A stretch of DNA of 49,741 bases, taken from NCBI GenBank assembly GCA_032718475.1, contig JAUCBJ010007661.1, forward strand, positions 1 to 49,741. The letters run 5' to 3'. A program made the translations under genes and the position numbers. Under the pieces are notes generated by a model. The model worked only from the letters and a program-made list of their open reading frames with translations, searched no databases and was not told the origin of the DNA. This document shows, piece by piece, positions 1 through 12,525 of the stretch (position 1 is its first letter; each line of letters begins with the position of its first letter). The stretch comes from Nemertoderma westbladi. Taxonomy: Eukaryota; Animalia; Xenacoelomorpha.

Positions 1-1438
1 ACAATGAAGAGAACAAACATTTGGCTCATCAACGCGACATCACCAGGAAGAAACTCGAGATGGAACAACGCAAGGAGGCATTAATTCTAGAACAACAAAG
101 ACAGTTGGCTGCGGCCAAACCGCAACAGAAGGCCTATGAATTGGAGGATCGACAGCAACGGACTGCTCAAGAACTCGAGCTCAAGAACTAATCAGCAGCC
201 TGAACCATCGATTGTGCGCTTCAACGAGATACATGGAGCCGACACCATAGAAGCACATCAACATTATGCGCAATAAATCTATAGACTGGTTGCCAAGGAT
301 TGGGTGGACCCAGTGGATGCAGGGACTCCTGGAAACCAGGTAAGTCACCCCGGAGGTTGCCATGAGCCCGAACCTAGACACCAATTAGAACCAACCACAC
401 CTCAGGTAACACTCTTTGTCTTGAATCCCATACGACCTCAAGTAGAGTCTCGATAAAGATTTGTGATTAACGAAGGTGATCAAGCCGAGTGGGATGGAGC
501 TCGAGACAGTGAGCGGTTTAATCCAAGTCCTACTCCAGGTAAACCCAACATCCATATGTATCAATTAAATTTAGCAATTAGGGAAGGTAATAAGGAGGTG
601 TGGGATGAAGTCATCCATAGAAAAAGGTAAAGTCCAACATATTCAGTCACAAGTCCATCAGGTGCAGGGACAAGTTCAAACTGTATGTGGTGTTGTGCAA
701 GAAGTGCAGCAAAGAATTCAGTACGTCAAATTTCAGGTGGATAAGGAGTTCGACCATGTTAGGTGTAATATCCCTGAGGTCAATGACAATGTAGAACGAG
801 ATCAACATGAGAATGAAAAGCTTAGAGTACAGGAACAACAGTACCAACGTCCTGAAGACCATCCCAAGTTTAAACCACGAATGCCCAGTTATAAATATTC
901 AGGCAGACTCAGAGTTTGAGACTGACTATAGATCACCAGTCAGTGAGAAGGTAACCTATCACGGGACGAATTCGCGTACTCATCCACAGGTAAGTTATCC
1001 TACTCATCAGTTGAACCGATTCCAACTTATGTCCATCAAAGGGTAGGAAGGGAAGACAATACTATGGTCAACTCAATCACAGTGGAGTTTTCTAAGTTCA
1101 GTCCGAGACACAGTCTTCCACCATTACATCCTCCGCACTTCACTGGTTTATCTAAACATTGGAGAACCTTCATCAACTATATCAAGACTAATGTCGCTCA
1201 ACAGGATTTCTCACCGACTGAGAAATTCAACTACTTATACCAACAGTTGAGAGGTCAACTGAAGGAATTGGTAAGTACGTTTATAGGTGATGACAATGCC
1301 TCTGAGGAGGCTTATGACAGGTTAGTTACTATGTATCGCGGCAATGTAAAGATGGCCAGGTCAGTAATAGTTGAACTAACTCAGGGGGGACCAGCACATT
1401 CCCATATAGAATTAGTTAAGTTTTCAAACTCAATTTGA
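1..1438 (+). mobile_element. Degenerate BEL/Pao LTR retrotransposon gag fragment (coiled coil plus DUF1759-like domain)
   Basis: ORF 1064-1438 reads LPPLHPPHFTG...WRTF...FSPTEKFNYLYQQLRGQLKELV...YDRLVTMY, the BEL/Pao gag DUF1759 pattern. Upstream frames are Q/E-rich coiled coil broken by stops and frameshifts. Truncated on both sides. Confidence 0.75.
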
Positions 1439-1774
1439 CACATCTGATCTTGTCAATTTCACATTGCCAAAAACGTTATTGGAAAGCCCATGATAAATGC
1501 ATTACATAACATGAGTTTCAGATCATTGCAATCATCTATCGCTAGATTTATCGGTAAATTAAAACTGCTATATTTTGTTAAATTACTTATATTTTTTAAA
1601 AAAATTCAATTTTTCAAACTCAATGTGACACATCTGATCTTGTCAATTTCACAATGCCAAAAACGTTATTGGAAAGCCCATGATAAATGCATTACATAAC
1701 ATGAGTTTCAGATCATTGCAATCATCTCTCGCTAGATTTATCGGTAAATTAAAACTGCTATATTTTGTTAAATT
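1436..1774. repeat. Local direct duplication, period about 190 bp
   Basis: tgacacatctgatcttgtcaatttcaca...tattttgttaaatt occurs at ~1436 and ~1626 and is almost identical. This explains the twin MINALHNM ORFs. Confidence 0.9.
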
Positions 1775-2400
1775 TCTCAGATTTTGTGACTCGTGTGACA
1801 CCTCTTCCACTAAATATTTTTCAAAACGGTTTTTTGCATTGTACTTCTACATTAAAATGGCAAAACATGTCGAAGTTTCCAAGCAATTGGGGCAAAAAAG
1901 TGATTTTTGTAACACCCTACTGGGGGGGGGGGGGGGGATAAATTTTGATTGCATCGAAAGAAAAGAACCCTTCTGGGAAAATAAAACATTTTCGAAAATT
2001 ATTCAGTACCGTAATAAATTATTAAATAATTAAATCAAGTATTATTGAATTCTAAAAGAAAATACCCATATATACCCATATACCCATAGGCCTATATATA
2101 GAGAGTGCCTGTTATGAATTACTGTACCAGCAAAAAGTGTTTGTAGCTTTCTTGAGTAAGATTATTAACGCAACCATTATCTTTTTACAAGATGATAACT
2201 TAATTATTTATTCACAGTAATCCTTTGACATACGTTGACATATTAATAATTTGTTATTCCGGTAACGAAGTTGTTACACAATAAACTCTTTGTATGAGAT
2301 ATACTGTAGGCAACCATTTGGTTATTCTATTCTATGTTTAAAATTATTTTGATTGATTTATATTTCAATGCTTTGCTTATTGAATAATCAATAATTAATT

Positions 2401-3175
2401 GATCACAGAGTCAGTGGATCACACATCTAATAGATAATACATCATATATTGGTAGTCGACCATAGAGTCCGCTCGGAGGATCACAGAGTCAGTGGATCAC
2501 ACATCTAATAGATAATACATCATATATTGGTAGTCGAACATAGAGTCCGCTCGGAGGATCACAGAGTCAGTGGATCACACATCCAATAGATAATACATCA
2601 TATATTGGTAGTCGACCATAGAGCCCGCTCGGAGGATCACAGAGTCAGTGGATCACACATCCAATAGATAATACATCATATATTGGTAGTCGACCATAGA
2701 GTCCGCTCGGAGGATCACAGAGTCAGTGGATCACACATCCAATAGATAATACATCATATATTGGTAGTCGAACATAGAGTCCGCTCGGAGGATCACAGAG
2801 TCAGTGGATCACACATCTAATAGATAATACATCATATATTGGTAGTCGAACATAGAGTCCGCTCGGAGGATCACAGAGTCAGTGGATCACACATCTAATA
2901 GATAATACATCATATATTGGTAGTCGAACATAGAGTCCGCTCGGAGGATCACAGAGTCAGTGGATCACACATCCAATAGATAATACATCATATATTGGTA
3001 GTCGACCATAGAGCCCGCTCGGAGGATCACAGAGTCAGTGGATCACACATCCAATAGATAATACATCATATATTGGTAGTCGACCATAGAGTCCGCTCGG
3101 AGGATCACAGAGTCAGTGGATCACACATCCAATAGATAATACATCATATATTGGTAGTCGAACATAGAGTCCGCT
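2401..3175. repeat. 78-bp minisatellite, 10 copies
   Basis: Unit gatcacagagtcagtggatcacacatctaatagataatacatcatatattggtagtcgaccatagagtccgctcggag repeats head to tail with three variable positions and no spacers. Confidence 0.97.
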
Positions 3176-3699
3176 AACTAGAACCATTTTAGTCAAAGGA
3201 TCCCAGAGTTAGTGCTGTTGTTGTGTAAAATATCCGGAAATAGAAACTAACATCACTTATAAACACTGGTCTAACGCCACTCAATCCTTTGGCTCACCCC
3301 CATCTGTGCCACAGTATCTCTATACACACGCGTCTCTCTCGTAACTTTATTTAATTATTCATTTTACTTCGCCACTGCCCAGTTTATTTTATTTTTCCAT
3401 AATTTTACCCCGTGTATGATATCCATATCTTTCTAATTCCATTTCCGCCAGCCGTTCTCTTGGTCTTTTAAAGTGATAGATCGCGCTTTATGGTAATATT
3501 ATTCTTACACTCTTACTGAACATGCTTTTTCGTTCTCCTGTATGTTATGTCATAATGCGCAACAATTATGCAAACAATTAAAGGAAATACAGTAATATTA
3601 AAATTAGGGATTAAATGTATGCGAATAATTATTAAACGAAGTAATATTCATATTGGGGGGTAAATTATACTATTTTGTCTCGAATAATTTTTTTTATAG

Positions 3700-3828
3700 T
3701 GATGCGTTGGACGACAAAGTGGAAGAACCTTTCAAACCTCCTAGAGAATACGTCTTAGGGGCGGTAGGGGGCGCTATCAAAGAGAACGAAAGACTACTAG
3801 TTTGGATCACTGGTGTTCAGGAGACAAG
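3700..3828 (+). CDS. Possible host-gene exon (129 bp)
   Basis: Preceded by tttttttatag, followed by gtttgt. Open frame DALDDKVEEPFKPPREYVLGAVGGAIKENERLLVWITGVQET, with GC higher than the flanks. Product not recognised. Confidence 0.35.
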
Positions 3829-4969
3829 GTTTGTTTGTTACCTAGGAAACATAAAGTTTCTAGAATATACAATATTTCAATTGCTTTAGTCACTTTACTA
3901 TGGTACAGATTGTGTAATCGAATTCAATATTAAAAATATAATAGTATTAAACCTTGTGCAATAATTAATTATTGGTGTGCAAATAATAATTGTATAGAAT
4001 TACAACAATAATATGTAGTGTAGTAGCCCCTTGTTTGCGAACAAATTGCCAATAGTTAATTATTAAAGTAGTTGTGAACAGAGTGAGGATACAGAGCTGT
4101 GAAAAATAGCGGTGCTACCGGTTTGGGTACTACAGTACAGACAGTTTTGTATATGTAGTAGGCCATGATATGTACTGTTGGGTCGTGTAAACAGCTGCAC
4201 AAGTGTTGACGTTATGAATGAGTTGCTAGGCAACATGGTAAACAACGCGGTTTCCCTCTCAATAAGTCGCAAATAATATGAAAGTATTAGAGCCATCTTG
4301 CGGTAATTTACTGTATAGAAGGTAATAAATTGAATTCCTGTTTGTGCCACATATTTCTATAAACTCAAATCATATCAACATTATTTCCTACTTTTTTTAA
4401 TCAATCCAATGCATTCCACATAAATGCCACCATCGACACCTCCACCCTCCGCCCAAACCAAATTTAATACATAGGCCAACATACTATATATATAATTAGT
4501 GTAATATGAATCCCTAGAGATTAATGGAAACCTTTGGGTTGGGATATACAATACAACAGCCTGTATACATACATATACATACAGCCCTACATACATACAG
4601 GGCCCATAGTGGTTAATATAACATTGATAGCGTTTATGTGGTGTTCTATAGTGTGTTGCTACAGGCCTTCATGGGAGTGCAGTATGTTCATTGAATTTCT
4701 AATCATAATAATATCTGCAGGGCTCGCTTTTTTATACTATAATAATTATACTAGAACCACAGCATTGCTAGTTATTCCTTTAGTATAAACCTCAATATTA
4801 GTGTAGAAACGGACTCTATATCCATTACTGTGTGTCTCACTCTCTATAAGATACGATCTAACTTTATGGTAATATCTACTGAAATTTATGGAATAGAAAA
4901 AACGAGAGAAAAATGTTATAAACAAAATAATATAAAGTCTCGATTAAAGGACCACGATCATTATGGTAG

Positions 4970-5594
4970 TAATAATAATATTAAATTAATAATAATAATA
5001 TTAATAACTTAATAATAATAATATTAATAACTTAATAATAATAATATTAATAACTTAATAATAATAATATTAATAACTTAATAATAATAATATTAATAAC
5101 TTAATAATAATAATATTAATAACTTAATAATAATAATATTAATAACTTAATAATAATAATATTAATAACTTAATAATAATAATATTAATAACTTAATAAT
5201 AATAATATTAATAACTTAATAATAATAATATTAATAACTTAATAATAATAATATTAATAACTTAATAATAATAATATTAATAACTTAATAATAATAATAA
5301 TAATATTAATAACTTAATAATAATAATATTAATAACTTAATAATAATAATATTAATAACTTAATAATAATAATATTAATAACTTAATAATAATAATATTA
5401 ATAACTTAATAATAATAATATTAATAACTTAATAATAATAAAATTAATAACTTAATAATAATAATATTAATAACTTAATAATAATAATATTAATAACTTA
5501 ATAATAATAATATTAATAACTTAATAATAATAATATTAATAACTTAATAATAATAATAATAATATTAATAACTTAATAATAATAATATTAATAA
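4970..5594. repeat. 23-bp AT-rich satellite (ttaataataataatattaataac)n, left block
   Basis: The single C recurs every 23 nt (e.g. 5031, 5054), with occasional extra aat units. Confidence 0.97.
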
Positions 5595-5660
5595 ATTCGT
5601 AAGTATTTAAACGGAACAATGGATGGGAAACAAAAATAGAAAAAACAGATTGTTTTTTTG

Positions 5661-5700
5661 GCTATATTTCGGACACCTTACGGTAGACCGTCGTCAGGCT
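5661..5700 (-). ncRNA. Minimal type I hammerhead ribozyme motif of the Penelope pLTR/3' end
   Basis: Minus strand reads gcCTGACGAcggtctaccgtaaggtgtccGAAAtatagc: CUGANGA and GAAA core boxes, a stem II with a GTAA tetraloop, palindromic ATAT at stem III and an AUA cleavage triplet. Stem I is only about 2 bp. Confidence 0.7.
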
Positions 5701-5804
5701 TTAATTTACTTAAACAGTACTGCGAATATTTAAAAATCCCGCCAACAGCAAAATAAACACACTTAGAAATTAACACATTGAAAAGAAGGAGATAATTCGT
5801 AATT

Positions 5805-6385
5805 AAGTAAGTACTGTAGTTATTCTAACTAAATTTACAAAAATGCACAAAAAGGAAAGATTAAAGTAATTAAGACGGTATATATTAAAGGTTTTACTGT
5901 AGGTGCAAATCTGAAAAATAATTAAAATTAACCACACACGTACGGAATGCTCTATTAAGTTGAATGAAAACGTTACTTAGTCAAACCTATTATACAATTA
6001 CAATTGCAAAATTGATTATGTAAGTACTGTAGTTAGTCCCATTAAAATTACAAAAATGCACCAAAAGGAAAATATTAAAGTAGTTAAAACGATTTATTAA
6101 TGGTTTTAGGTGCAAATCCGAAAAATAATAAATATTAACCACGTACGTACGGAAGTTCAATTAAATTGAATGAAAAACGTCTTGTTAGTCTAACAATTGC
6201 AAAATTGATTATGTAAGTACTGTAGTTAGTCCCATTAAAATTACAAAAATGCACCAAAAGGAAAATATTAAAGTAGTTAAAACGATTTATTAATGGTTTT
6301 AGGTGCAAATCCGAAAAATAATAAATATTAACCACGTACGTACGGAAGTTCAATTAAGTTGAATGAAAAACGTCTTGTTAGTGTT
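5805..6385. repeat. About 193-bp tandem repeat (3 copies) in the Penelope 3' UTR
   Basis: 6001-6193 and 6194-~6382 are near identical; a more diverged copy lies at ~5805-5990. Confidence 0.85.
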
Positions 6386-6508
6386 TTGTTAGTCTAACAT
6401 AATATACAGTATATTACAATTGCAAAATGCATCAATACAATTTACTAATTAAACGTATTTATTTATTAATTATTATTATTATAGGGTTTAACCAGGAATA
6501 CAGTAGGA

Positions 6509-7132
6509 TTATAAGAAAGGTAATATGGGGTCCCATTCAGGCGAAACATACCTAGAGTATTCTAAATCTTTGTTTGAGTTTAGTAAGTGGTCTTTGTTCG
6601 CACGTATATATATAGACTCGTATGTTGGTACCAACTTAACATTACGCACCAACTTGATCACAGATACACTACTCTCATCGAAAGTATGTGATATATTATT
6701 ATTTAATACGTGTTCCTCTAGACCAGTATGATCTAAATCAGACTTTTCAACTGCTGTGACATGCTCTCTGTATCTGCTAGACAAATAGCGAACAGTTTTA
6801 CCTATGTAACTATCACACGGGCAGCCGGAACAAGAAATATTATAGATCAGTGATTGCATATGAAAAATGTTAGCAACAGTAGTTTCGTCAGGTCCGTAAT
6901 ATTTGTCAAATAGATACTGACCTAACTTATGGTTGTATGAAAAAACAACATTGAAACCTGTTTTATATAGTATACTTTTAATTTGAGGCGATACAGCTTC
7001 AATATAAGGGATGACACAGGTAGTTTCAGACGTTGATTTATTCCTTACAGTAGGATTATATGTAAATAAGACAGAGTTTATTAGAGACTCGGGGTACCCG
7101 TTATTAAGGAAAATATTCTTGAGAAAACTCAA
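6509..7132 (-). CDS. Penelope ORF C-terminus: RT thumb end plus GIY-YIG endonuclease
   Basis: FLNNGYP...IPYI, then LIYNISCSGCPCDSYIGKT.RYL..R..EH...LEEH...H.FD...ESIYI...LLN...W: the PLE GIY-YIG domain with its Cys/His residues. No true start (truncated). Confidence 0.9.
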   Translation of the reverse strand: MSFLKNIFLNNGYPESLINSVLFTYNPTVRNKSTSETTCVIPYIEAVSPQIKSILYKTGFNVVFSYNHKLGQYLFDKYYGPDETTVANIFHMQSLIYNISCSGCPCDSYIGKTVRYLSSRYREHVTAVEKSDLDHTGLEEHVLNNNISHTFDESSVSVIKLVRNVKLVPTYESIYIRANKDHLLNSNKDLEYSRYVSPEWDPILPFL

Positions 7133-8880
7133 TATTAATAACTTAACTTAATAACTTAATAACTTAATAACTTAATAATAATAATATTAATAACTTAATA
7201 ATAATAATAATAATATTAATAACTTAATAATAATAATATTAATAACTTAATAATAATAATATTAATAACTTAATAATAATAATATTAATAACTTAATAAT
7301 AATAATATTAATAACTTAATAATAATAATATTAATAACTTAATAATAATAATATTAATAACTTAATAATAATAAAATTAATAACTTAATAATAATAATAT
7401 TAATAACTTAATAATAATAATATTAATAACTTAATAATAATAATATTAATAACTTAATAATAATAATATTAATTACTTAATAATAATAATATTAATAAAT
7501 TAATAATAATAATATTAATAACTTAATAATAATAATATTAATAACTTAATAATAATAATATTAATAACTTAATAATAATAATATTAATAACTTAATAATA
7601 ATAATATTAATAACTTAATAATAATAATATTAATAACTTAATAATAATAATATTAATAACTTAATAATAATAATATTAATAACTTAATAATAATAATATT
7701 AATAACTTAATAATAATAATATTAATAACTTAATAATAATAATATTAATAACTTAATAATAATAATATTAATAACTTAATAATAATAATATTAATAACTT
7801 AATAATAATAATATTAATAACTTAATAATAATAATATTAATAACTTAATAATAATAATATTAATAACTTAATAATAATAATAATAATATTAATAACTTAA
7901 TAATAATAATATTAATAACTTAATAATAATAATATTAATAACTTAATAATAATAATATTAATAACTTAATAATAATAATATTAATAACTTAATAATAATA
8001 ATATTAATAACTTAATAATAATAAAATTAATAACTTAATAATAATAATATTAATAACTTAATAATAATAATATTAATAACTTAATAATAATAATATTAAT
8101 AACTTAATAATAATAATATTAATAACTTAATAATAATAATAATAATATTAATAACTTAATAATAATAATATTAATAACTTAATAATAATAATATTAATAA
8201 CTTAATAATAATAATAATAATATTAATAACTTAATAATAATAATATTAATAACTTAATAATAATAATATTAATAACTTAATAATAATAATATTAATAACT
8301 TAATAATAATAATATTAATAACTTAATAATAATAATATTAATAACTTAATAATAATAATATTAATAACTTAATAATAATAAAATTAATAACTTAATAATA
8401 ATAATATTAATAACTTAATAATAATAATATTAATAACTTAATAATAATAATATTAATAACTTAATAATAATAATATTAATTACTTAATAATAATAATATT
8501 AATAAATTAATAATAATAATATTAATAACTTAATAATAATAATATTAATAACTTAATAATAATAATATTAATAACTTAATAATAATAATATTAATAACTT
8601 AATAATAATAATATTAATAACTTAATAATAATAATATTAATAACTTAATAATAATAATATTAATAACTTAATAATAATAATATTAATAACTTAATAATAA
8701 TAATATTAATAACTTAATAATAATAATATTAATAACTTAATAATAATAATATTAATAACTTAATAATAATAATATTAATAACTTAATAATAATAATATTA
8801 ATAACTTAATAATAATAATATTAATAATAATAATAAATTAAATAATAATTAATATAAATAAATAATTAATAATAAATTAA
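7131..8880. repeat. 23-bp AT-rich satellite, right block (about 73 units)
   Basis: Same unit as 4970-5594, with slippage (taact/taataact repeats) at the Penelope junction. Confidence 0.97.
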
Positions 8881-9584
8881 ACCACGTTTATTACAGTACC
8901 GGTAGTACAGGTAACTAATGTTACTGCGAACAACAGTCTTTCGGAATTCACTGATAATATTTTAATTATTAAAACATTTTTAGTGGTTTTTGGAAATAAA
9001 ATACAATTATTTATTGACCTGTTATAAGTAAAGTGTCCTCCTCATTTGAAAGGTTCCATTGATTGAATTTTGAACGAATACGCCTTTATTTAACACGTAA
9101 ACACCGGTTGTTACCGGCTACCCTATACAGATTATTTTACAATTATTCACAATAATTTACTATAACCCGTAGAAGTGCGAACCATTATTTTTCACCTAAA
9201 CAATGAATATGTGGTGCATAAGATTGACAGAATTCTAGTTGACATTCAGTAATTTTTAAATAATTTTTGTTGACATTTAGTAATTTCGTCTCCCGTCCAT
9301 TGCCTATGGGTATGACACGCCATAGCCATAAACTTTTCGCCTGAAATTTTTTCACATCTGGAATAATGATTAATTTTTAATTTGCACACCGTAGTGTACA
9401 AATTTGGAACATTCTACCAGAACACGTTGTGTCGGCTTCAAAAATAAATATTTTTAAGTACAATCTGTTGGAAATATATTTACTACCGGTCCGGTACGAC
9501 TGAGTTTCTGTTTAATTTAAATAAAAATATAATAACATTATAATTGAGGGAGAAAACTGTGAACTGAATTTTGAAAATTACCAA

Positions 9585-10208
9585 TACTACTACAGTACTG
9601 TAGTACAGTACTACTACTAGTACTACAACAGTACTATAATCACGCATGCTGCATTTAAGTTGCACTATGCAATCCGCAGTTCGCATACCCCAATAATATG
9701 CTGTTGTGCATTAAGAATGCTGTGCCGGCTTTTCAACAAAATTGCACCGCCACAACTCCCTATCACCCATGACATTTGCTAGATCATCCGCATCTTCAAG
9801 GCCAGTGTCCTTTAAGATGCGTCTCAAGAAAGTCATGGGCTGTCCACCATGCTTATTCACTCCATGAGGCTGCCAAAGCATAAGATTATGCACTGGCTGG
9901 TCCTCAAGGCGAAAGCAATGTCCTGCAAAGCGGAGGCGACTTTGTTCTAGTGTCAAGCTTGGGGGAACCAATGAGACACCTCCAATGTTATATAGTGTCT
10001 GGTTGGAGATGTGTGCATTGTACTTGACACAATGAACCCGGCGTAGCATTCTTGTGAATTTGCCATCCAGAGATTTGGTGTCCTCAGCAGTTAGAGCCCA
10101 GCAAGGACTCCCGTAGAGGAGTACTGGAACTACTGCTGCTCTAAATAATCGGACCTTAAGTTTCCGCTGATTTCTATGTGACTTCCAAATCCTGGAAAGT
10201 CCATTCAA
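9585..10208 (-). mobile_element. 5'-truncated RTE-clade LINE (family A), ORF C-terminus plus 3' UTR and TAG-type tail
   Basis: LKVRLFRAAVVPVLLYGS..W.LT...LDG.FTRMLRR...RLRFAGHC.R...LWQP...MGDRELWR is an RTE post-RT C-terminus. Highly similar to 14994-15529. Confidence 0.88.
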
Positions 10209-10469
10209 TATTTTTCTGCAGTATTGATTTCATCTATGTCAGCACTATCTGGTGATATCTATCCAGTAATATCTATCTGGTGATATCCATCTGGTGATGT
10301 CTATCACTCAGACTCACGATGTACCTCAAATGTTTCAGGCAATAACCTGTCATTGTTTACAAGCTTCTCAAAGTGGGTCTTCCAACCGTTGTGGCTTTCA
10401 GGGAATTTTTATTGTTTGCCACGTTTTGGCAGATTGCCCGGACACAAGACTAGTAAGTGTGCGACCCCA

Positions 10470-10693
10470 AACATTAGAACTGCTGGGGAAGTGAAAAGAG
10501 CTGATACCAGATCTACCTTTCTGGCAACCAACTCAAGGAAAGCGTAGTCGTGGACGACCGGCCATAACATATATAGATCAACTTGAAAGGGATACTGAAC
10601 TTGGGAGAAACGAAATTGCGACAACTATGGAGAATCGGGAAGCCTGGAATGATCTCATTTCCACTGTCCGAGTTCGCTCGACCTAGTAGTAGT
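10470..10693 (+). mobile_element. 3' end of a second RTE-clade LINE (family B)
   Basis: Frame ELIPDLPFWQPTQGKRSRGRPAITYIDQLERDTELGRNEIATTMENREAWNDLISTVRVRST* is followed by tagtag. A homologous segment lies at 35040-35190 on the minus strand. Confidence 0.85.
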
Positions 10694-11269
10694 TGGAGAA
10701 TCGGGAAGCCTGGAAGGATCTCATTTCCACTGTCCGAGTTCGCTCGACCTAGTAGTAGTTGGAGAATCGGGAAACCTGGAATGATCTCATTTCCACTGTC
10801 CGAGTTCGCTCGACCTAGTAGTAGTTGGAGAATCGGGAAGCCTGGAAGGATCTCATTTCCACTGTCCGAGTTCGCTCGACCTAGTAGTAGTTGGAGAATC
10901 GGGAAGCCTGGAATGATCTCATTTCCACTGTCCGAGTTCGCTCAACCTAGTAGTAGTTGGAGAATCGGGAAGCCTGGAATGATCTCATTTCCACTGTCCG
11001 AGTTCGCTCGACCTAGTAGTAGTTGGAGAGTCGGGAAGCCTGGAATGATCTCATTTCCACTGTCCGAGTTCGCTCGACCTAGTAGTAGTTGGAGAATCGG
11101 GAAGCCTGGAAGGATCTCATTTCCACTGTCCGAGTTCGCTCGACCTAGTAGTAGTTGGAGAATCGGGAAACCTGGAAGGATCTCAATTCCACTGTCCGAG
11201 TTCGCTCGACCTAGTAGTAGTTGGAGAATCGGGAAACCTGGAAGGATCTCAATTCCACTGTCCGAGTAG
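10628..11269 (+). repeat. 66-bp tandem array (10 units) made of the RTE family B 3' terminus plus tail
   Basis: Unit tggagaatcgggaagcctggaatgatctcatttccactgtccgagttcgctcgacctagtagtagt; units start at 10628, 10694, ... 11222. Confidence 0.95.
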
Positions 11270-11487
11270 TGGCCAAAGCAAACACAACGACAGTCGGATG
11301 TGGCTCTAACTCTTTCGATTGATGCTACCCGAAGCTAGGGCTGGGTTCTGTAGTTTTTGTCCCAGTAATTCAATTGGTACTCATTTAATCGACTCCAGGA
11401 GATTCAAGGCTGAGTAGTTCCTGGCGGGGCTCGAACCTATAACCAATAGATTGTAGGCCCGGCGCTCAACCAACTGAGCTACCCGCC
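11270..11487 (-). mobile_element. tRNA-derived SINE with a conserved central domain (Meta-SINE-like)
   Basis: Minus strand: ggcgggTAGCTCAGTTGG (A box)...GGTTCGAGCCC (B box), then ctcagccttgaatctcctggagtcgattaaatgagtacc, which resembles the CTCAGCCTT...GGTCGATAAAATGAGTACC core recalled for metazoan SINEs. Confidence 0.8.
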
Positions 11488-11658
11488 TTAGATAACTTAG
11501 TAACATATAAATTTAGTACGCCTTACCGGTATTAGTATGTAGTAGTAGTATAATATTAAATAATAATATTATAATTATTTATTACATGGGAAAAATGTAC
11601 AACATTTTTCATTATTCTCGATGCATTTTATTTACCGAGCGCAGCGAGATGATTAAAG

Positions 11659-11942
11659 ATTAAAGAACAAAATCGCCTCCGCTTTGCAGGACATTGCTTT
11701 CGCCGTGAGGACCAGCCAGTGCATAATCTTGTACTTTGGCAGCCTTATGGAGTGAATAAGCATGGTGGACAGCCCATGACTTTCTTGAGACGCATCTTAA
11801 AAGACACTGGCCTTAAAGATGCGGATGATCTAGCAAATGTCATGGGGGATAGGGAGTTGTGGCGGTGCAATTTTGTTGACAAGCCGGCACAGCATTCTTA
11901 AAAATGCAGCTGCAATGCAGCATGCCGATCCTAGTAGTAATA
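11659..11942 (+). mobile_element. Short RTE family A 3' fragment with 13-bp TSD
   Basis: EQNRLRFAGHC...PAQHS* plus a tagtagtaatag tail. gagatgattaaag is duplicated at 11646-11658 and 11943-11955. Confidence 0.92.
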
Positions 11943-12525
11943 GAGATGATTAAAGGGTCGAGAAAATATTGAAAAAAAGTATCTACGTTTTTTTCCCCGT
12001 ATAATACCTAATTTTATTTTTAAATTGGTTCTTTCTTGTTGCTCAATTCTTTAATATAAGATAGAGCGATATAGCGTTATAATAAATTTAACTGCAGTAT
12101 TTTACTATATTGCTTCCATAGTTTTACTGCTATTGTAATTATTGTGCTCTTCAACTACTGATGCTGTCTTAACTCAATGTTAAATAATTTAATGTTCTCG
12201 AATATTTATTACGTAACTAGAGAGCCGCTTAACAACAAACTAATATTGGATATTGAGTTCCGTTTTGGTGTTCGCCGCGCAGACACTAAAGTTGCAATAA
12301 CTTTTGAGTGTGAACGGATTTTGCTCAAATTACGTGCAAACATTTTCTACTTCGATGCTCTTTTAACACATGAAATAAAATTCAAGTATAATTTTAAAAA
12401 AGTATAATCAATGCAATGCAAATGCGATAAAGTAACAATTTAAGAATGATAATATTTATTAAACCATATTACGTGTCACATTATTCTTATTCTTATTAAT
12501 ATTAAATTTTTTATTTATTTTTTAG

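Larger units (their letters stand above)
5595..7130 (-). mobile_element. 5'-truncated Penelope-like retroelement inserted into the AT satellite
   Basis: Contains an RT-thumb/GIY-YIG ORF, an AT-rich 3' region with internal repeats and a hammerhead motif. The same satellite flanks it on both sides. Confidence 0.88.

Noticed and set aside
1490-2033. Duplicated small genes MINALHNM
   Set aside because: A non-coding 190-bp duplication in AT-rich DNA with no protein features.
2401-3175. CRISPR-like regular repeats (also 10628-11269, 36503-37656, 29395-30055)
   Set aside because: The units are head to tail with no unique spacers, there are no cas genes, and the context is eukaryotic.
10583-11269. 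228-aa repeat protein (WRIGKPGMISFPLSEFARPSSS)n
   Set aside because: Off-frame reading of a 66-bp array. The meaningful frame is the RTE C-terminus, with a stop in each unit.
11415-11487. Functional tRNA gene
   Set aside because: The pol III boxes run into a SINE core with no terminator; better explained as a SINE head.
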